Counted from the first letter of the stretch, positions 1 through 10,340 are shown. The stretch is DNA of 64,000 nucleotides from an uncultured Planctomycetota bacterium (GCA_963823665.1 CAWGMQ010000011.1:1024001-1088000); one strand, 5' to 3'. Notes: generated by a model not told the origin, from the letters alone. Made by a program: numbers and translations.

Positions 1-400
1 GGACACGCGGGCCAAATAAGACCAACTCGTCGACGCTTGACAAACGCCGAATTTCCGCGAGCGGCGCATCGGAATCACCGAGACCATAGCAGGTCACCTT
101 GCTCACGTGGTCGAAGTAGTCGACTCCCAGTCGATCGACGAGCCAATCGGGCGCCCAGATGGCGAGTATCGTTCTGCCCCGGCGGTCCTCTCGCTCGCGG
201 TTGTAATGCACGTGGTTTGTTATGGCGTTCCTCCTGATCGCCGCGACCGCATCGCGCTGAATGCGCGCGCTGCGCACGAGCCAGCCAAGGCCCGCGCCGA
301 TCACGAGGACGATCAAGGTCAGTCCCCGCAGACTCACTTGCAGGGAAACACACGAGCGCCGTGATTCGGGTCTGTTTTCAGAGATGGGAAATCGGCGCCT
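1..400 (-). CDS. Partial planctomycete membrane-anchored protein (probably leucine-rich-repeat type), runs off the left edge
   Basis: Manual minus-strand translation: QVSLRGLTLIVLVIGAGLGWLVRSARIQRDAVAAI...WAPDWLVDRLGVDYFDHV, open to base 1. This N-terminus is typical of planctomycete LRR proteins. Start codon uncertain. Confidence 0.65.
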
Positions 401-570
401 CCTCCTGCACGCGTAGTGCTCCCGTTTCGACGGATCCGCTCGCGATCCGGTCTGCAATAGCAAAGCCTACTGAGTCACGAATTGGCCCGCAACGCCAGAA
501 TGTATACAAGAATCGGTTCGTGGAGTCGGACCTTCCTCGACCGCGGCGACAGTAGTGGCAGCGGCTCTTT

Positions 571-1092
571 CTACTTGCCGTCGATTCGAAAGTAATGCAG
601 CCAGGAGATGTGGGTTTCCTTCTCTTCGCGAGCCCGGGTGATCACCAGCGTCGTCGATGCGTTGGCCCTGTTCACCACGATGACCCTTAGCTTCACCGGC
701 CGGTCTTCCGAGTCGTCCTGGCTCGCGACGGATTTGCCGTCGGTTTCCGGCACGCCGCCGTGCGGTTCCCTGTCGGCTCGGGATTCGAGGTTATCCTGCG
801 CGTAATACGTCGTCACCTTTTCGAACGGATCCGTGGTCGTGAGCGTCGCCTTGCACTTGACCGACTGCAGGAGTGGGTTTCCGCCGTCGCTCATGCTGGC
901 GCCGCCGAGCATGCGCGAACCGGGGTATTTCCACTGCTCGAGGGTCTCCAGGAGGCTCATTGGTCGTTCCGGCTTCTTGTCCTGGGCCGCTGTCAGGGCT
1001 GCGGTGGCCAGCGCGAGGACTGTCGCGACTGACAGGGCGAGAACGGGCCAGGACAACCGACGTCGAGAGAGTCGTGAGGGATCTCCGCGCAT
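571..1092 (-). CDS. Secreted hypothetical protein
   Basis: ORF 571..1215; likely start MRGDPSRLSRRR after a GGAGG RBS; hydrophobic signal ending ALTAA-Q. Confidence 0.75.
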   Translation of the reverse strand: MRGDPSRLSRRRLSWPVLALSVATVLALATAALTAAQDKKPERPMSLLETLEQWKYPGSRMLGGASMSDGGNPLLQSVKCKATLTTTDPFEKVTTYYAQDNLESRADREPHGGVPETDGKSVASQDDSEDRPVKLRVIVVNRANASTTLVITRAREEKETHISWLHYFRIDGK

Positions 1093-1273
1093 GAGAGGAC
1101 CTCCGTGGGAGAATTGGCGGGAAAACCGATGATCGGCTATCGTACTGCATGATAGACGAACGAAGACTGCGTTTCTTAGATTCGGTCGCCCACATGGACG
1201 AGCCGGCCACGACAACCACTGATACTGTGCTGGTTGGAGCCTTATCGCGATTTGTCAACTGTGAACGGAGATC

Positions 1274-3274
1274 GTGATGAAAGCAGCATCGATCGCGAGC
1301 GTGACGGCCTTCCTGGTGGTGTCGGGCTGGGCCCAGACGGTTTGCAAAGCGCAGACGATCGTCGATTCGGATTTTTCGAAGGGGGCCTTCGCGGCCCTGG
1401 GCTGGAGGGTGAAGGGAGACTGGGACGTATTCCTTTACCCCAAGGAATCGGCCAACAACCCGGGCGCGGTGGCTCGTTTTACGGCGAACAAGCCCGACGG
1501 CTCGCTCACAAAAACCTTTGCCGAGATCAGGAATCCCAGGAAGCTGGCACTTTCCCTCGATTACGGCTGGGGGTGGGGCGATGCGACCCAAGGCTCCGAC
1601 TCGGTCTCGTTCATGCTCGTTGACTCCGGCGGCAACGGTTATGTCTTCGAAGTCCACCGCTGCAAGGCAACGTGGGCCGTGCAGTGGGGCAAGGTTGTAA
1701 GCGGAGTTCCCGCCAAGGACAAGACCTGGGCGCCCGAGGAAATTGACGCGGGCCACCCATCCGTTCGCGACGGCGGCGGTTTGAGCCGCCTCATCATCAC
1801 GAGAGAATCCGATGCGGCGTGGACGATCACGGGGAAGGACTGGAACAAAGGCGCCGGCGCGACCGTCCGGTTCACCGATGCGACCACAAGCACCTTCAGC
1901 CAGTTGGTCCTGCTGGGGACCCGCAACTTCGATGAACAGGTCTTCAACAAGGTTAATCTGACCTGTAGCGGAGGCAAGCCCGTCGCCGTGACCGCCGTGC
2001 CGGCGATCGATTTTTTGAACAGCATCGGCGTTGTCTCCACGTTCCCGGATCGCGGACAACCTGTGCCGAAAACGGTCGCGATGGTGAAGTACGCGGGGTT
2101 TCGCTGGGTCCGGGGCGGCATCGAGGGTCTGACCGCCGATGGCCCGACGACCGTCCAAACCTATCTTGACCTGCACCGGCAAACCGGCGTCCGGTTCAGT
2201 TGGGGACTGGTCAGCGGCGGCACCGATCTCAAGAAGCTCGTCGAATCCGCCCGGCGGCTGGCCGCGGCCGACGCCCTGCTGGCCTTCGAAGGGAATAACG
2301 AGCCGAACAACTGGGGAGTGACCTATCAGGGCGAAGCCGGCGGCGGCCGAGCGCCGTCGTGGCTGGCGGTCGCGAAGCTGCAACGCGACCTGTACAGCGC
2401 GGTCAAGAACGATCCGGTGCTGAAGAAATACCCCGTCTGGTCGATCAGCGAAGGCGGCGCGCAAGCAGACAACGTCGGATTGCAGTTCCTGACGATCCCC
2501 CCAGGCGCCGGGACTTCCCTTCCGGACGGAACACGATACGCCGACTATGCGAACGTTCATAATTACATTTATCATCCGAACTCACCGCGTGTGGAAGACA
2601 ACAAGACATGGAATGCCGCCGATCCGACTTCGGCGTGCCGGATCGACGGCCTCTACGGCAACTATGGCCTCACCTGGGCGAAACACTTTCGCGGCTATTC
2701 GGAGACCGAGCTTTTGAGTTTGCCGCGGGTGACGACCGAAACGGGCTGCACGATTGACGGACCGGTCACGGAAGAGATCCAGGCGCTCAATCTGGTGAGC
2801 ATGTATCTGGACCAGTTCAAGCGGGGCTGGAGTCACACGGCGGTCTACCTGCTGCGCGATCGCGCCGACGAAGGCGGTAATCAGACGTTTGGGCTTTTCA
2901 AGTCCGACTATACACCGAGAAAGGCCGCCAGGTATCTGCACAATATGACGACGATCCTGGCCGACAGGGGCAGGATCGAGAAGCCCGGCCAACTGAATTA
3001 CGCGATCGCGGAGCAGCCGGCGACGATGCACGAGATGCTGCTCCAAAAGAGTGACGGCACGTTTGAGCTGGTGGTTTGGGGTGAACGGGTGAAGGGCGCG
3101 GACCGCGTGACCGTGCAGCTAGGTGGTACTCAACGAGAGGTGAAAGTTTACGATCCGACGATCGGCGCCGCACCGATCAAGACCCATCGCAACATCAATT
3201 CACTCGCTTTGACGATGAGCGACCATCCCTTCATGATCGAGATTCCGGGGAGCGCCGACGACGCGAGGCCGTGA
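1274..3274 (+). CDS. Secreted glycoside hydrolase, clan GH-A-like, with N-terminal beta-sandwich-like domain
   Basis: Signal peptide; FEGNNEPNN (acid/base-type) and VTTETG (nucleophile-type) motifs; FGL...PRKAA near the end of the catalytic domain. Confidence 0.75.
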   Translation: MMKAASIASVTAFLVVSGWAQTVCKAQTIVDSDFSKGAFAALGWRVKGDWDVFLYPKESANNPGAVARFTANKPDGSLTKTFAEIRNPRKLALSLDYGWGWGDATQGSDSVSFMLVDSGGNGYVFEVHRCKATWAVQWGKVVSGVPAKDKTWAPEEIDAGHPSVRDGGGLSRLIITRESDAAWTITGKDWNKGAGATVRFTDATTSTFSQLVLLGTRNFDEQVFNKVNLTCSGGKPVAVTAVPAIDFLNSIGVVSTFPDRGQPVPKTVAMVKYAGFRWVRGGIEGLTADGPTTVQTYLDLHRQTGVRFSWGLVSGGTDLKKLVESARRLAAADALLAFEGNNEPNNWGVTYQGEAGGGRAPSWLAVAKLQRDLYSAVKNDPVLKKYPVWSISEGGAQADNVGLQFLTIPPGAGTSLPDGTRYADYANVHNYIYHPNSPRVEDNKTWNAADPTSACRIDGLYGNYGLTWAKHFRGYSETELLSLPRVTTETGCTIDGPVTEEIQALNLVSMYLDQFKRGWSHTAVYLLRDRADEGGNQTFGLFKSDYTPRKAARYLHNMTTILADRGRIEKPGQLNYAIAEQPATMHEMLLQKSDGTFELVVWGERVKGADRVTVQLGGTQREVKVYDPTIGAAPIKTHRNINSLALTMSDHPFMIEIPGSADDARP

Positions 3275-3354
3275 TCGGAAGGGGGAATATTGGTTTCTGA
3301 CACATTTTCCGGGGGGCGGAAATGATTATGCAGCAGGCATTTTGGCATCCACGC

Positions 3355-3388
3355 CCCGCGTCTCGATCCTTGCCCGCGTCTCGATCCT
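3355..3388 (+). repeat. Direct repeat CCCGCGTCTCGATCCT x2 (18-bp period) upstream of an ECF sigma gene
   Basis: Exact 16-bp copies at 3355 and 3373. Confidence 0.8.
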
Positions 3389-3507
3389 GTCAACTTGCGA
3401 TGGACGTTGCGAGCCCTTTCGAAGGATTTTCAAGAAACCAGGACACACGATGACTCCCCATGGCATTACTCTCATGAGTGAGGCGGCGGTGACGCACGGG
3501 AGTTGAC

Positions 3508-4899
3508 ATGGCGAACAGTTACCGAAATTTCGCGAGTCGACAGCTCGAGACCCTCTTCAACAAGGGGACGGTCGTTGGACTGACTGATGCGCAACTGCTC
3601 GAGCGGTTCACCTTTCGTCGGGACGAGGCGGCCGAGCTGGCGTTCGAGGCGCTGGTTCATCGCCATGGACCGATGGTATTCCGGGTCTGCCGGGCAGTCC
3701 TTCGCGACTCCCATGATGCGCACGACGCGTTCCAGGCGACGTTCATGATCCTGGTCAAGAAGGCCCGGGGACTGTGGGTGCGCGATTCTCTGGGTCCCTG
3801 GCTCCATCGAGTCGCGTACCGCACCGCGTGCCGCGCGCGGTCGACAGTAGCCCGGCGACGGACGTACGAGCGACTCACAACCGCGGCTTCGGCCGAGTCG
3901 GCCGGCGAGGCGGTCATGGATGACCTCGGAGAAGTGCTCCACGAAGAGCTGGGCCGCTTGCCGGAGCGATACCGCGAGGCGGTCGTGCTCTGCTTGCTTG
4001 AGGGCCTCAGCCCGGAGCAGGCGGCTCGGCGCCTGGGATGTCCGGTCGGCACGCTCCATAGCCGGCTGGCGCGCGGGCGAGAGCGGTTGCGGGACCGTCT
4101 CACGCGCAGGGGGCTGGCTCCCCTGGTCGGAATGATCGGGACGGCGCTCTCCGGGGATGTCGCCTTGGCGGTTATGCGGGCGTCACTGGCCGATGCCACG
4201 GTCCAGTCGGCGATCGGATTCGCGGCAGGCAGAATGTCGATGGCAGAAAGAATCTCGGCTTCGGTTTGCGAGCTGACAAAAGGAGAATTGAAGATGATGC
4301 GTTTCGCCGAACTGAAAACCGCGACGTCCGTGGTCGCGGCCCTCAGCCTCGTTTTCGCGGCAAGCGTTCTGGCGCAATATCAGCCGGCCGACTCACCCGG
4401 GGGCGTCCTCACACCAAACCGGACGTTGCTCCGGTCGCAGTTGTCATCGGCGGTCGCCGAGCCCGGAGGGGACGTCGACAAGGAGCTGCGGAGACTTGAG
4501 CGGGAGTGGGCGACCGGGATCGCGAATCGCGACCGCGCCGCGGTCGACCGCATCCTCGCCGACGACATCATCGTCACCGACCCCGTCGGGCGCACCTGGG
4601 ACAAGGCGAGATATCTCGCCGAGCTGGGGACCAGTGCCTGGGGCATCGACTCCTACGAGCTGCGGGATATCTCGATCCGCGTCTATGCCCGAGCGGCCGT
4701 TGTGGTTGGGCAGGCCATGGTGAAGACGAATGCGAGCAACCCGAGCGGAACCGGTCCCTACCGCGTGACCAAGACCTACATCCTGCAAGAAGGCCGCTGG
4801 CGCTGCGTCGCCTCGCACAATTCCTCCCTCTCCGACCAGCCGGCCGGCCAGCCCATCTTTCAGGATGTCCCGTTCCGTCCCTTGCCCCCGAACCCATGA
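3508..4899 (+). CDS. ECF sigma-70 factor with transmembrane linker and C-terminal SnoaL/DUF4440-like domain
   Basis: Region 2 HGPMVFRVC...DAHDAFQATF; region 4 LPERYREAVVLC...GTLHSRLARGR; hydrophobic VVAALSLVFAASVLA; NTF2-like end (EGRWRCVASH). Confidence 0.9.
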   Translation: MANSYRNFASRQLETLFNKGTVVGLTDAQLLERFTFRRDEAAELAFEALVHRHGPMVFRVCRAVLRDSHDAHDAFQATFMILVKKARGLWVRDSLGPWLHRVAYRTACRARSTVARRRTYERLTTAASAESAGEAVMDDLGEVLHEELGRLPERYREAVVLCLLEGLSPEQAARRLGCPVGTLHSRLARGRERLRDRLTRRGLAPLVGMIGTALSGDVALAVMRASLADATVQSAIGFAAGRMSMAERISASVCELTKGELKMMRFAELKTATSVVAALSLVFAASVLAQYQPADSPGGVLTPNRTLLRSQLSSAVAEPGGDVDKELRRLEREWATGIANRDRAAVDRILADDIIVTDPVGRTWDKARYLAELGTSAWGIDSYELRDISIRVYARAAVVVGQAMVKTNASNPSGTGPYRVTKTYILQEGRWRCVASHNSSLSDQPAGQPIFQDVPFRPLPPNP

Positions 4900-5296
4900 T
4901 CAGCGTCAATTTCTTCCCCGGGCCGATGCAGCCGATCGTCGCCTCGGCCGCCCGATCGACGATCACGACGGCCTCCTTGCGGGTCCTGAGATCCCGCGCT
5001 CTGCCGGGTATTCGCTTCGCTGAAGTCCGGGCGAGGGAGCGCATGGCTCAAGTCCTCGGGCCAGTGGACTTCGTCCCCTGCGGGGGAGCCAAGGGGCGGA
5101 GGCAACGGGCCCGCGGCTAGTGATTCATCCCAATCAGATCCTCACGCGAGCGGCGTAGATGCTCTCGCGGCGGTCATCCGAGACCAGGACGAACGCGAAG
5201 AATCCGGCGCGCGGCAGGTCGAGCCCGAGGGCGTGGAGGCACGCTTGGCAATCCCGACCGGCCATGCTAAGCTGGAAGTCAAAGTAACATCTGTAT

Positions 5297-5443
5297 ATGT
5301 ATATTCATTTACCAGAATTCTTGCAAGCCGACATCCTGGCCGCCGTCCATAGCGGTCGCTATGCCTCGCTCGACGATGCTATGGTCGACGCCGCCTTCCT
5401 GGCGATATCCTATTCCTCGTCCAGTGCTTCCGGTTCGATGTGA
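5297..5443 (+). pseudogene. Truncated ribbon-helix-helix (ParD-like) antitoxin fragment
   Basis: MYIHLPEFLQADILAAVHSGRYASLDDAM resembles the ParD/CC2985-type SGRYAS motif; similarity ends where it meets the convergent gene at 5410. Confidence 0.45.
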
Positions 5444-5784
5444 ACCCGCAGTTCCAGGTCTTGCCCAAACTCTTTCCAACTGATCTCGAAGACGGCTCTA
5501 CTCTGGCTGAAATGGAAGTTCTCCAACGTCACATTCTTGACCAGCTCAGTGAAATCGAACTCAGCCAGCTCGTACAGGATGTCAACTTCTACCTGCTCGT
5601 GACCGTTGCCCTCACTGGGCACTGGTTCGTCAACGCTTTTCGGCCAGACCTCCAGAACATGGCACTCGCAGTTCTCGTCATAGAAATAGGCAGTCTCCGC
5701 CCCGTTAACGAACCAACATCCAGAGACCGGGCAGGGAATCAGGGCCATTATTTCCTCAAGACGCAGCCGGATTTGTTCGCTCAT
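5410..5784 (-). CDS. Acidic hypothetical protein
   Basis: ORF 5410..5889; likely start MSEQIRLRLEE after GGAGGA; Glu/Asp-rich, protein-like composition. Confidence 0.7.
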   Translation of the reverse strand: MSEQIRLRLEEIMALIPCPVSGCWFVNGAETAYFYDENCECHVLEVWPKSVDEPVPSEGNGHEQVEVDILYELAEFDFTELVKNVTLENFHFSQSRAVFEISWKEFGQDLELRVHIEPEALDEE

Positions 5785-6025
5785 CGGGTGTTCCTCCGGG
5801 AACAGTCGAGCCCGTGCAGCGCCTGCCAGCTTATCGCCGGGTCCGAATCGAGCAGCCAATTGATGGGATCCATGGTGCGAGATTACCAACTTTGCTCGAT
5901 CTGAGCATGGAGATTTGCCTGGTGCGCGCGGGGCGATTAGGATCGTCCGTAAAGGCGCTGGGAGCGACCGGCGGGGAAAACCACGATAAACTGGCGACCG
6001 TCACCCCAATATCGGTCGGATTTCG

Positions 6026-7339
6026 TTGATCACACGAACACACGCGGAATCTGGTTCAGCGAGCGACGTCGTGGCTCTGGCGCGCGCGGTTCTCGAACGC
6101 TGCGATCGAGCGGCCTCGTTCACCGAGGAACCGGGCCGGATCACGCGCCCGTTCCTGTGCGACGCCATGCGCGGGCTGCACGAGGAAGTGACCCGGTGGA
6201 TGAGCGCTGCGGGGATGGACGTTCATCTCGATGCAGCGGGGAACCTGATCGGACACTACGAGGGGACAAGTGCGAACCTGCCCGTGCACATCATCGGCTC
6301 ACATCTCGACAGCGTACCGGATGCGGGGAAATATGATGGCGTCCTCGGGGTGCTTGTGGGCATCGCGGCCGTGCAGGCGCTGGAGGGATCCAGGTTGCCG
6401 TTCGGCATCGACGTGATCGCCTTCAGCGAGGAGGAAGGGGTGCGCTACCGCGCTCCGTTTCTGGGCAGCCGGGCGGTTGCCGGCCAGTTCGACCCAGGGC
6501 TACTGGATCGATGCGACCGGCAGGGCGTGCCCATGCGCGAGGCGTTTCGCTCATTCGGGCTTGATCCGGAGCGGATCGGTGAGGCGGCTTATCCTGCCGC
6601 ACGCATACACGGTTATACGGAAGTGCATATTGAACAGGGGCCCGTGCTCGAGAGTCTGGACGCGCCACTGGGGGTGGTCGAGGGAATCACCGGCCAGAGC
6701 AGGCTGTGTGCCACGCTTCGCGGACGCGCGGGGCACGCCGGCACGTTGCCGATGCGTGGGCGGCGGGATGCACTGGCGGCGGCGGCGGAGCTCGTGCTCG
6801 AAGTCGAGCGGGTGGCGCTCGAGCGGCCCGGGCTTCGAGCCACCGTGGGCAGCCTCTCGGTGCTGCCCGGGGCAGTCAATGTCGTGCCGGGTGAGGTAAA
6901 ACTTTGCGTCGATGTGCGGCACCTGAATGACGAATCACGGATGGCAGCGGTGGACGAGATTCGTCGACGTGCGGCGGCGCTTTGCGATGCCAGGGGAGTT
7001 GCGTTCGGCATCGAGGAAGAGGAGCATCATCCGGCGGTTCCGGCTGATTCCCGTCTGCGTGCCGTGCTCGAGGACGCGGTCACGGCTACCGGCCAAGCAT
7101 GTCACTGCTTGAGCAGTGGTGCGGGGCATGATGCCGGGGTGATGGCAACCGTCGCGCCGATGGCGATGCTGTTCGTCAGGAGCCCGGGAGGCGTCAGCCA
7201 CAGCCCCGAGGAGAGAGTGCTCGCACAGGACGTGAAGGCGGCGCTCGACGTTGTCGTGCGGTACCTCACGCTGCTGGCCGAGCGCGACGGCGGGGCGAAT
7301 GAGCGTCACGCATGCAAGGAATCCATGGGAGCTACATGA
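6026..7339 (+). CDS. allC: Allantoate amidohydrolase (M20 family)
   Basis: GSHLDSV, GKYDG, EEEG, EVHIEQGP, GHAG, SGAGHDA and SHSPEE motifs; located in a purine catabolic cluster next to allE. Confidence 0.88.
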   Translation: MITRTHAESGSASDVVALARAVLERCDRAASFTEEPGRITRPFLCDAMRGLHEEVTRWMSAAGMDVHLDAAGNLIGHYEGTSANLPVHIIGSHLDSVPDAGKYDGVLGVLVGIAAVQALEGSRLPFGIDVIAFSEEEGVRYRAPFLGSRAVAGQFDPGLLDRCDRQGVPMREAFRSFGLDPERIGEAAYPAARIHGYTEVHIEQGPVLESLDAPLGVVEGITGQSRLCATLRGRAGHAGTLPMRGRRDALAAAAELVLEVERVALERPGLRATVGSLSVLPGAVNVVPGEVKLCVDVRHLNDESRMAAVDEIRRRAAALCDARGVAFGIEEEEHHPAVPADSRLRAVLEDAVTATGQACHCLSSGAGHDAGVMATVAPMAMLFVRSPGGVSHSPEERVLAQDVKAALDVVVRYLTLLAERDGGANERHACKESMGAT

Positions 7340-8092
7340 ATGGAATTGTTCGGCACGACGCGCAGTCAATTGCGGCGCAGCCACGCGGTGTTCGCCCCCG
7401 AGAGCTTCGTCCGCAGCGATCTTCCCGGATGGGAGCGCACCCAGGGCGTGATCCTGATCTCGCCACGGATCGGCGCCCGGTTCGTTCAGTACCTCGCGCT
7501 CATGGAGCCGGGCGGCAGGGCGGGAATGCCGCCCGAGGGTGTGGAGCGGGTGCTGTTTGTGATCGAAGGGCGAGTCTCGCTTGGACTTCCCGGCTCGCAA
7601 GGATGCGTTCTCGAAGCCGGCGGATTTGCGTACTGCCCGCCTCAGGCTGGTGCGACGGTTGAAGCGATCGATCCCAGCCGCGTGAACATTTTCGAGAAGC
7701 GGTATCTGCCCCGCGCTGGGATACCCGTGCCCGAGCCCATCGCCGGCAATGAGAGTGAGGTTGCCGGTGCGCCGTTCCTGGGCGATCCCGACGCGATGCT
7801 CAAAGTGCTTCTGCCGGTGGACGCACGATTCGATCTGGCGGTCAACGTGTTCACGTTTCAGCCGGGGGCAGCTTTGCCGCTGGTCGAGATGCACGTGATG
7901 GAGCACGGGCTCTTGATGCTTGCGGGCCAGGGCGTTTACCGGCTTGACGAGGAGTGGTACACGGTGCGTGAAGGAGACGCGATCTGGATGGCTCCGTTCT
8001 GTCCCCAGTGGTTTGTGGCGATGGGCAAGACGCCGGCGGCTTATCTGTATTACAAGGATGTAAACCGCGATCCAATGGAGGAACACGGGTGA
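7340..8092 (+). CDS. allE: (S)-ureidoglycine aminohydrolase (bicupin)
   Basis: VEMHVMEHGL, GDAIWMAPFCPQ and YLYYKDVNR signature of AllE/YlbA. Confidence 0.95.
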   Translation: MELFGTTRSQLRRSHAVFAPESFVRSDLPGWERTQGVILISPRIGARFVQYLALMEPGGRAGMPPEGVERVLFVIEGRVSLGLPGSQGCVLEAGGFAYCPPQAGATVEAIDPSRVNIFEKRYLPRAGIPVPEPIAGNESEVAGAPFLGDPDAMLKVLLPVDARFDLAVNVFTFQPGAALPLVEMHVMEHGLLMLAGQGVYRLDEEWYTVREGDAIWMAPFCPQWFVAMGKTPAAYLYYKDVNRDPMEEHG

Positions 8093-9399
8093 GCGGCTTG
8101 CGACTGGATGTGGACATCGACCGGGTGATGAACGAGCTCGGCGAGCTCGCGGCCCACAGCGATGCACCGGCTCCGGCGGTCACGCGGGTCGTCTATTCCG
8201 GCGTCGATCAGGCCGCGCGCGCCCTGGTCAAGAACCTCTGCCGGGAAGCGGGGCTTTCGGTTCGGGAAGATGCGATTGGAAACACGTTTGCCAGGTGGGA
8301 GGGGGAGCGGGCCGACCTGGCCGCGGTGGCGACCGGGTCGCACATTGACGCGATCCCGCACTCGGGCCGGTTTGACGGCACGGTGGGGTTTCTGGGCGCG
8401 ATCGAGGCGGTGCGCGCGCTTGGCCGTGCGGGCTTCCGGCCCGTGCGGCCGATCGAGATCGTTTTATTCACAAGCGAAGAACCGACGAGGTTCGGCATCG
8501 GCTGCCTGGGCAGCCGGGGAATGTGTGGAAGCCTTTCGGCCGATGCACTGGCGGCGCTCCGGGATTCTGACGGCAACACGCTCGAGGCTTTGCGGAGGGC
8601 AGCGGGTTTTGAGGGCGAGCTGGCGGACGTGCGGCTATCCGAGAATCGGTTCGCGGCGTTCGTCGAGCTCCATATCGAACAGGGGCCGTTGCTCGAACGT
8701 GGTGGAATTCCGATCGGGATTGTGACGGCGATCGCCGCGCCGGCGGCGCTCCGGGTGACGTGGGAGGGAGAGGGAGGGCACGCCGGCGCCGTGCTGATGC
8801 CTGGGCGCAGGGATGCGCTCTGCGCGGCGGCCGAGGCTGTCCTCGAGGTGGAACGAGCAGCACGTTCGGATGGCAGCCCCGACACCGTGGCAACGACGGG
8901 GGTGTGCCGGGTGCACCCTGGTGCGATCAACAGCATTCCCGAGCGAGTGATTCTTGAGATCGACATCCGGGACATCGACCTGGAGCCAAGGGACCGCGTG
9001 ATCGGCGCAATCGGGCGAGCGGTAGGCGAGATCGCCGCGCGGCGGGGCGTGGCCGCGATCGTCGAATGCTTGAATTCAGACCCTCCCGCGCGCTCGTCGG
9101 AAGACATCGTTGCGGCGATCAGGGCAGCATGCGAGGACGAGGGGATCTCGAGCATGCCCATGATCAGTCGAGCCTATCATGATTCGTTGTTCATGGCGCG
9201 GGTTGCACCGACAGGGATGATCTTCATTCCGTGCAAGGGAGGGATCAGCCACAGACCGGATGAATCGGCAACACCGCTCGACATCGGCCGCGGTGTGGCC
9301 GTGCTGGCGAGGACGCTGGCGCGGTTGTCAAGCGTGGCCGGTTCCACTCAGGAGATTGGTGATCAAGTGCGCGACACCGTGCCGGTGATGGAGCCGTAG
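8089..9399 (+). CDS. Ureidoglycolate amidohydrolase-like M20 hydrolase (plant UAH-type)
   Basis: SDAPAPAVTRVVY, ATGSHIDAIP, FTSEEPTRFG and MISRAYHDSLFMAR match plant UAH as recalled. GTG start overlaps the allE stop (GTGA). Confidence 0.8.
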   Translation: MSGLRLDVDIDRVMNELGELAAHSDAPAPAVTRVVYSGVDQAARALVKNLCREAGLSVREDAIGNTFARWEGERADLAAVATGSHIDAIPHSGRFDGTVGFLGAIEAVRALGRAGFRPVRPIEIVLFTSEEPTRFGIGCLGSRGMCGSLSADALAALRDSDGNTLEALRRAAGFEGELADVRLSENRFAAFVELHIEQGPLLERGGIPIGIVTAIAAPAALRVTWEGEGGHAGAVLMPGRRDALCAAAEAVLEVERAARSDGSPDTVATTGVCRVHPGAINSIPERVILEIDIRDIDLEPRDRVIGAIGRAVGEIAARRGVAAIVECLNSDPPARSSEDIVAAIRAACEDEGISSMPMISRAYHDSLFMARVAPTGMIFIPCKGGISHRPDESATPLDIGRGVAVLARTLARLSSVAGSTQEIGDQVRDTVPVMEP

Positions 9400-10208
9400 G
9401 GCTCGTCGGTTGCGACGAAGATTTCGTTTGCGTTATCGAGGCCGAATGGTTTCAAATCGGCGAGGATGCGATGCTTGTTGGGCATGGTGAGCGTGATCTT
9501 CTGGACCTCCGGCGCGCCCGCCAGGACCGTTTCACCCATTTTGTACAGAGTTTGCTGGACGGAGAGGCTGTCGTGGAGAGCGAACACCTCGAGCAAGGAC
9601 TGGCGGATGCACGCGTGCGATTCGTTCCAATTCACAAGCTGATCTTGGTAGAGCCAGGTGGCGTCGAGCATCGTGGCAAGGATGCGGTCAGGGGCATCTT
9701 TGAGAGTAGTGTAGCGGTCCGTGAGGAAGCCGCAGAAGGCCGAGCCGGTCGACTTGAGCAAGAACAGGTCTTCGAGCCCCGCCTCGAAGCGGAGGCTGCC
9801 GCGGGTGTGAGTAATCGTGGTGGAGCGGCGCTCGGAGCTGGTGCCAGTGAAGGCGTGGGGATGCTCGCGGCCATCGACGCGAATGCGGTCCAGCGGCCGC
9901 TCCGTGATCCGCACGCGGGCTGCCGAGACGTGGGCGTGATGATCGAGAAAGAAGCCGGCGATCGCGGCGCCGAATTCCTCGATCGCTTCAAGCGGATGCT
10001 GTTTCGCGAGGGCGAACGCGACGTTTTTCATCGTGTCGGTGGGGATGATCAGCCGGTTGTCGCCGTGGGTGTACGACGGCTCGAAGGCGCCTTGAAGCGA
10101 GATATCGATCGAGAGCTCGCGGACCTCGTGGCGATCGGCACCGCGAGTGACTTTTGTCAGTCGGATGTGCGACTTGCCGTACGAGTGATCAGTAAGAAAC
10201 GCGGTCAC
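9363..10208 (-). CDS. uox: Urate oxidase (cofactor-independent uricase)
   Basis: YGKS, PTDTMKN, LKST, DRYTTL, DRILAT, SVQQTLY and MPNKH motifs. Confidence 0.95.
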   Translation of the reverse strand: MTAFLTDHSYGKSHIRLTKVTRGADRHEVRELSIDISLQGAFEPSYTHGDNRLIIPTDTMKNVAFALAKQHPLEAIEEFGAAIAGFFLDHHAHVSAARVRITERPLDRIRVDGREHPHAFTGTSSERRSTTITHTRGSLRFEAGLEDLFLLKSTGSAFCGFLTDRYTTLKDAPDRILATMLDATWLYQDQLVNWNESHACIRQSLLEVFALHDSLSVQQTLYKMGETVLAGAPEVQKITLTMPNKHRILADLKPFGLDNANEIFVATDEPYGSITGTVSRT

Positions 10209-10340
10209 GGTCGGACTGCTCCTCTCTCGGTGACTGACTCGTGGCGGGAAGAAGAGATCTTAACGCCGCCGGAACGGGGACGGGAGTGCCATGCGTGAAC
10301 GCGCACGCCGCAATGGGAACTCGGCCCAAAGCGAGTCGAT

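Noticed and set aside
791..2575. 594-aa minus-strand ORF, and similar long antisense ORFs at 6935..8167, 14752..15858, 15701..16855 and 32153..33358
   Set aside because: Shadows of well-supported genes on the opposite strand, common in high-GC DNA; no recognisable motifs.
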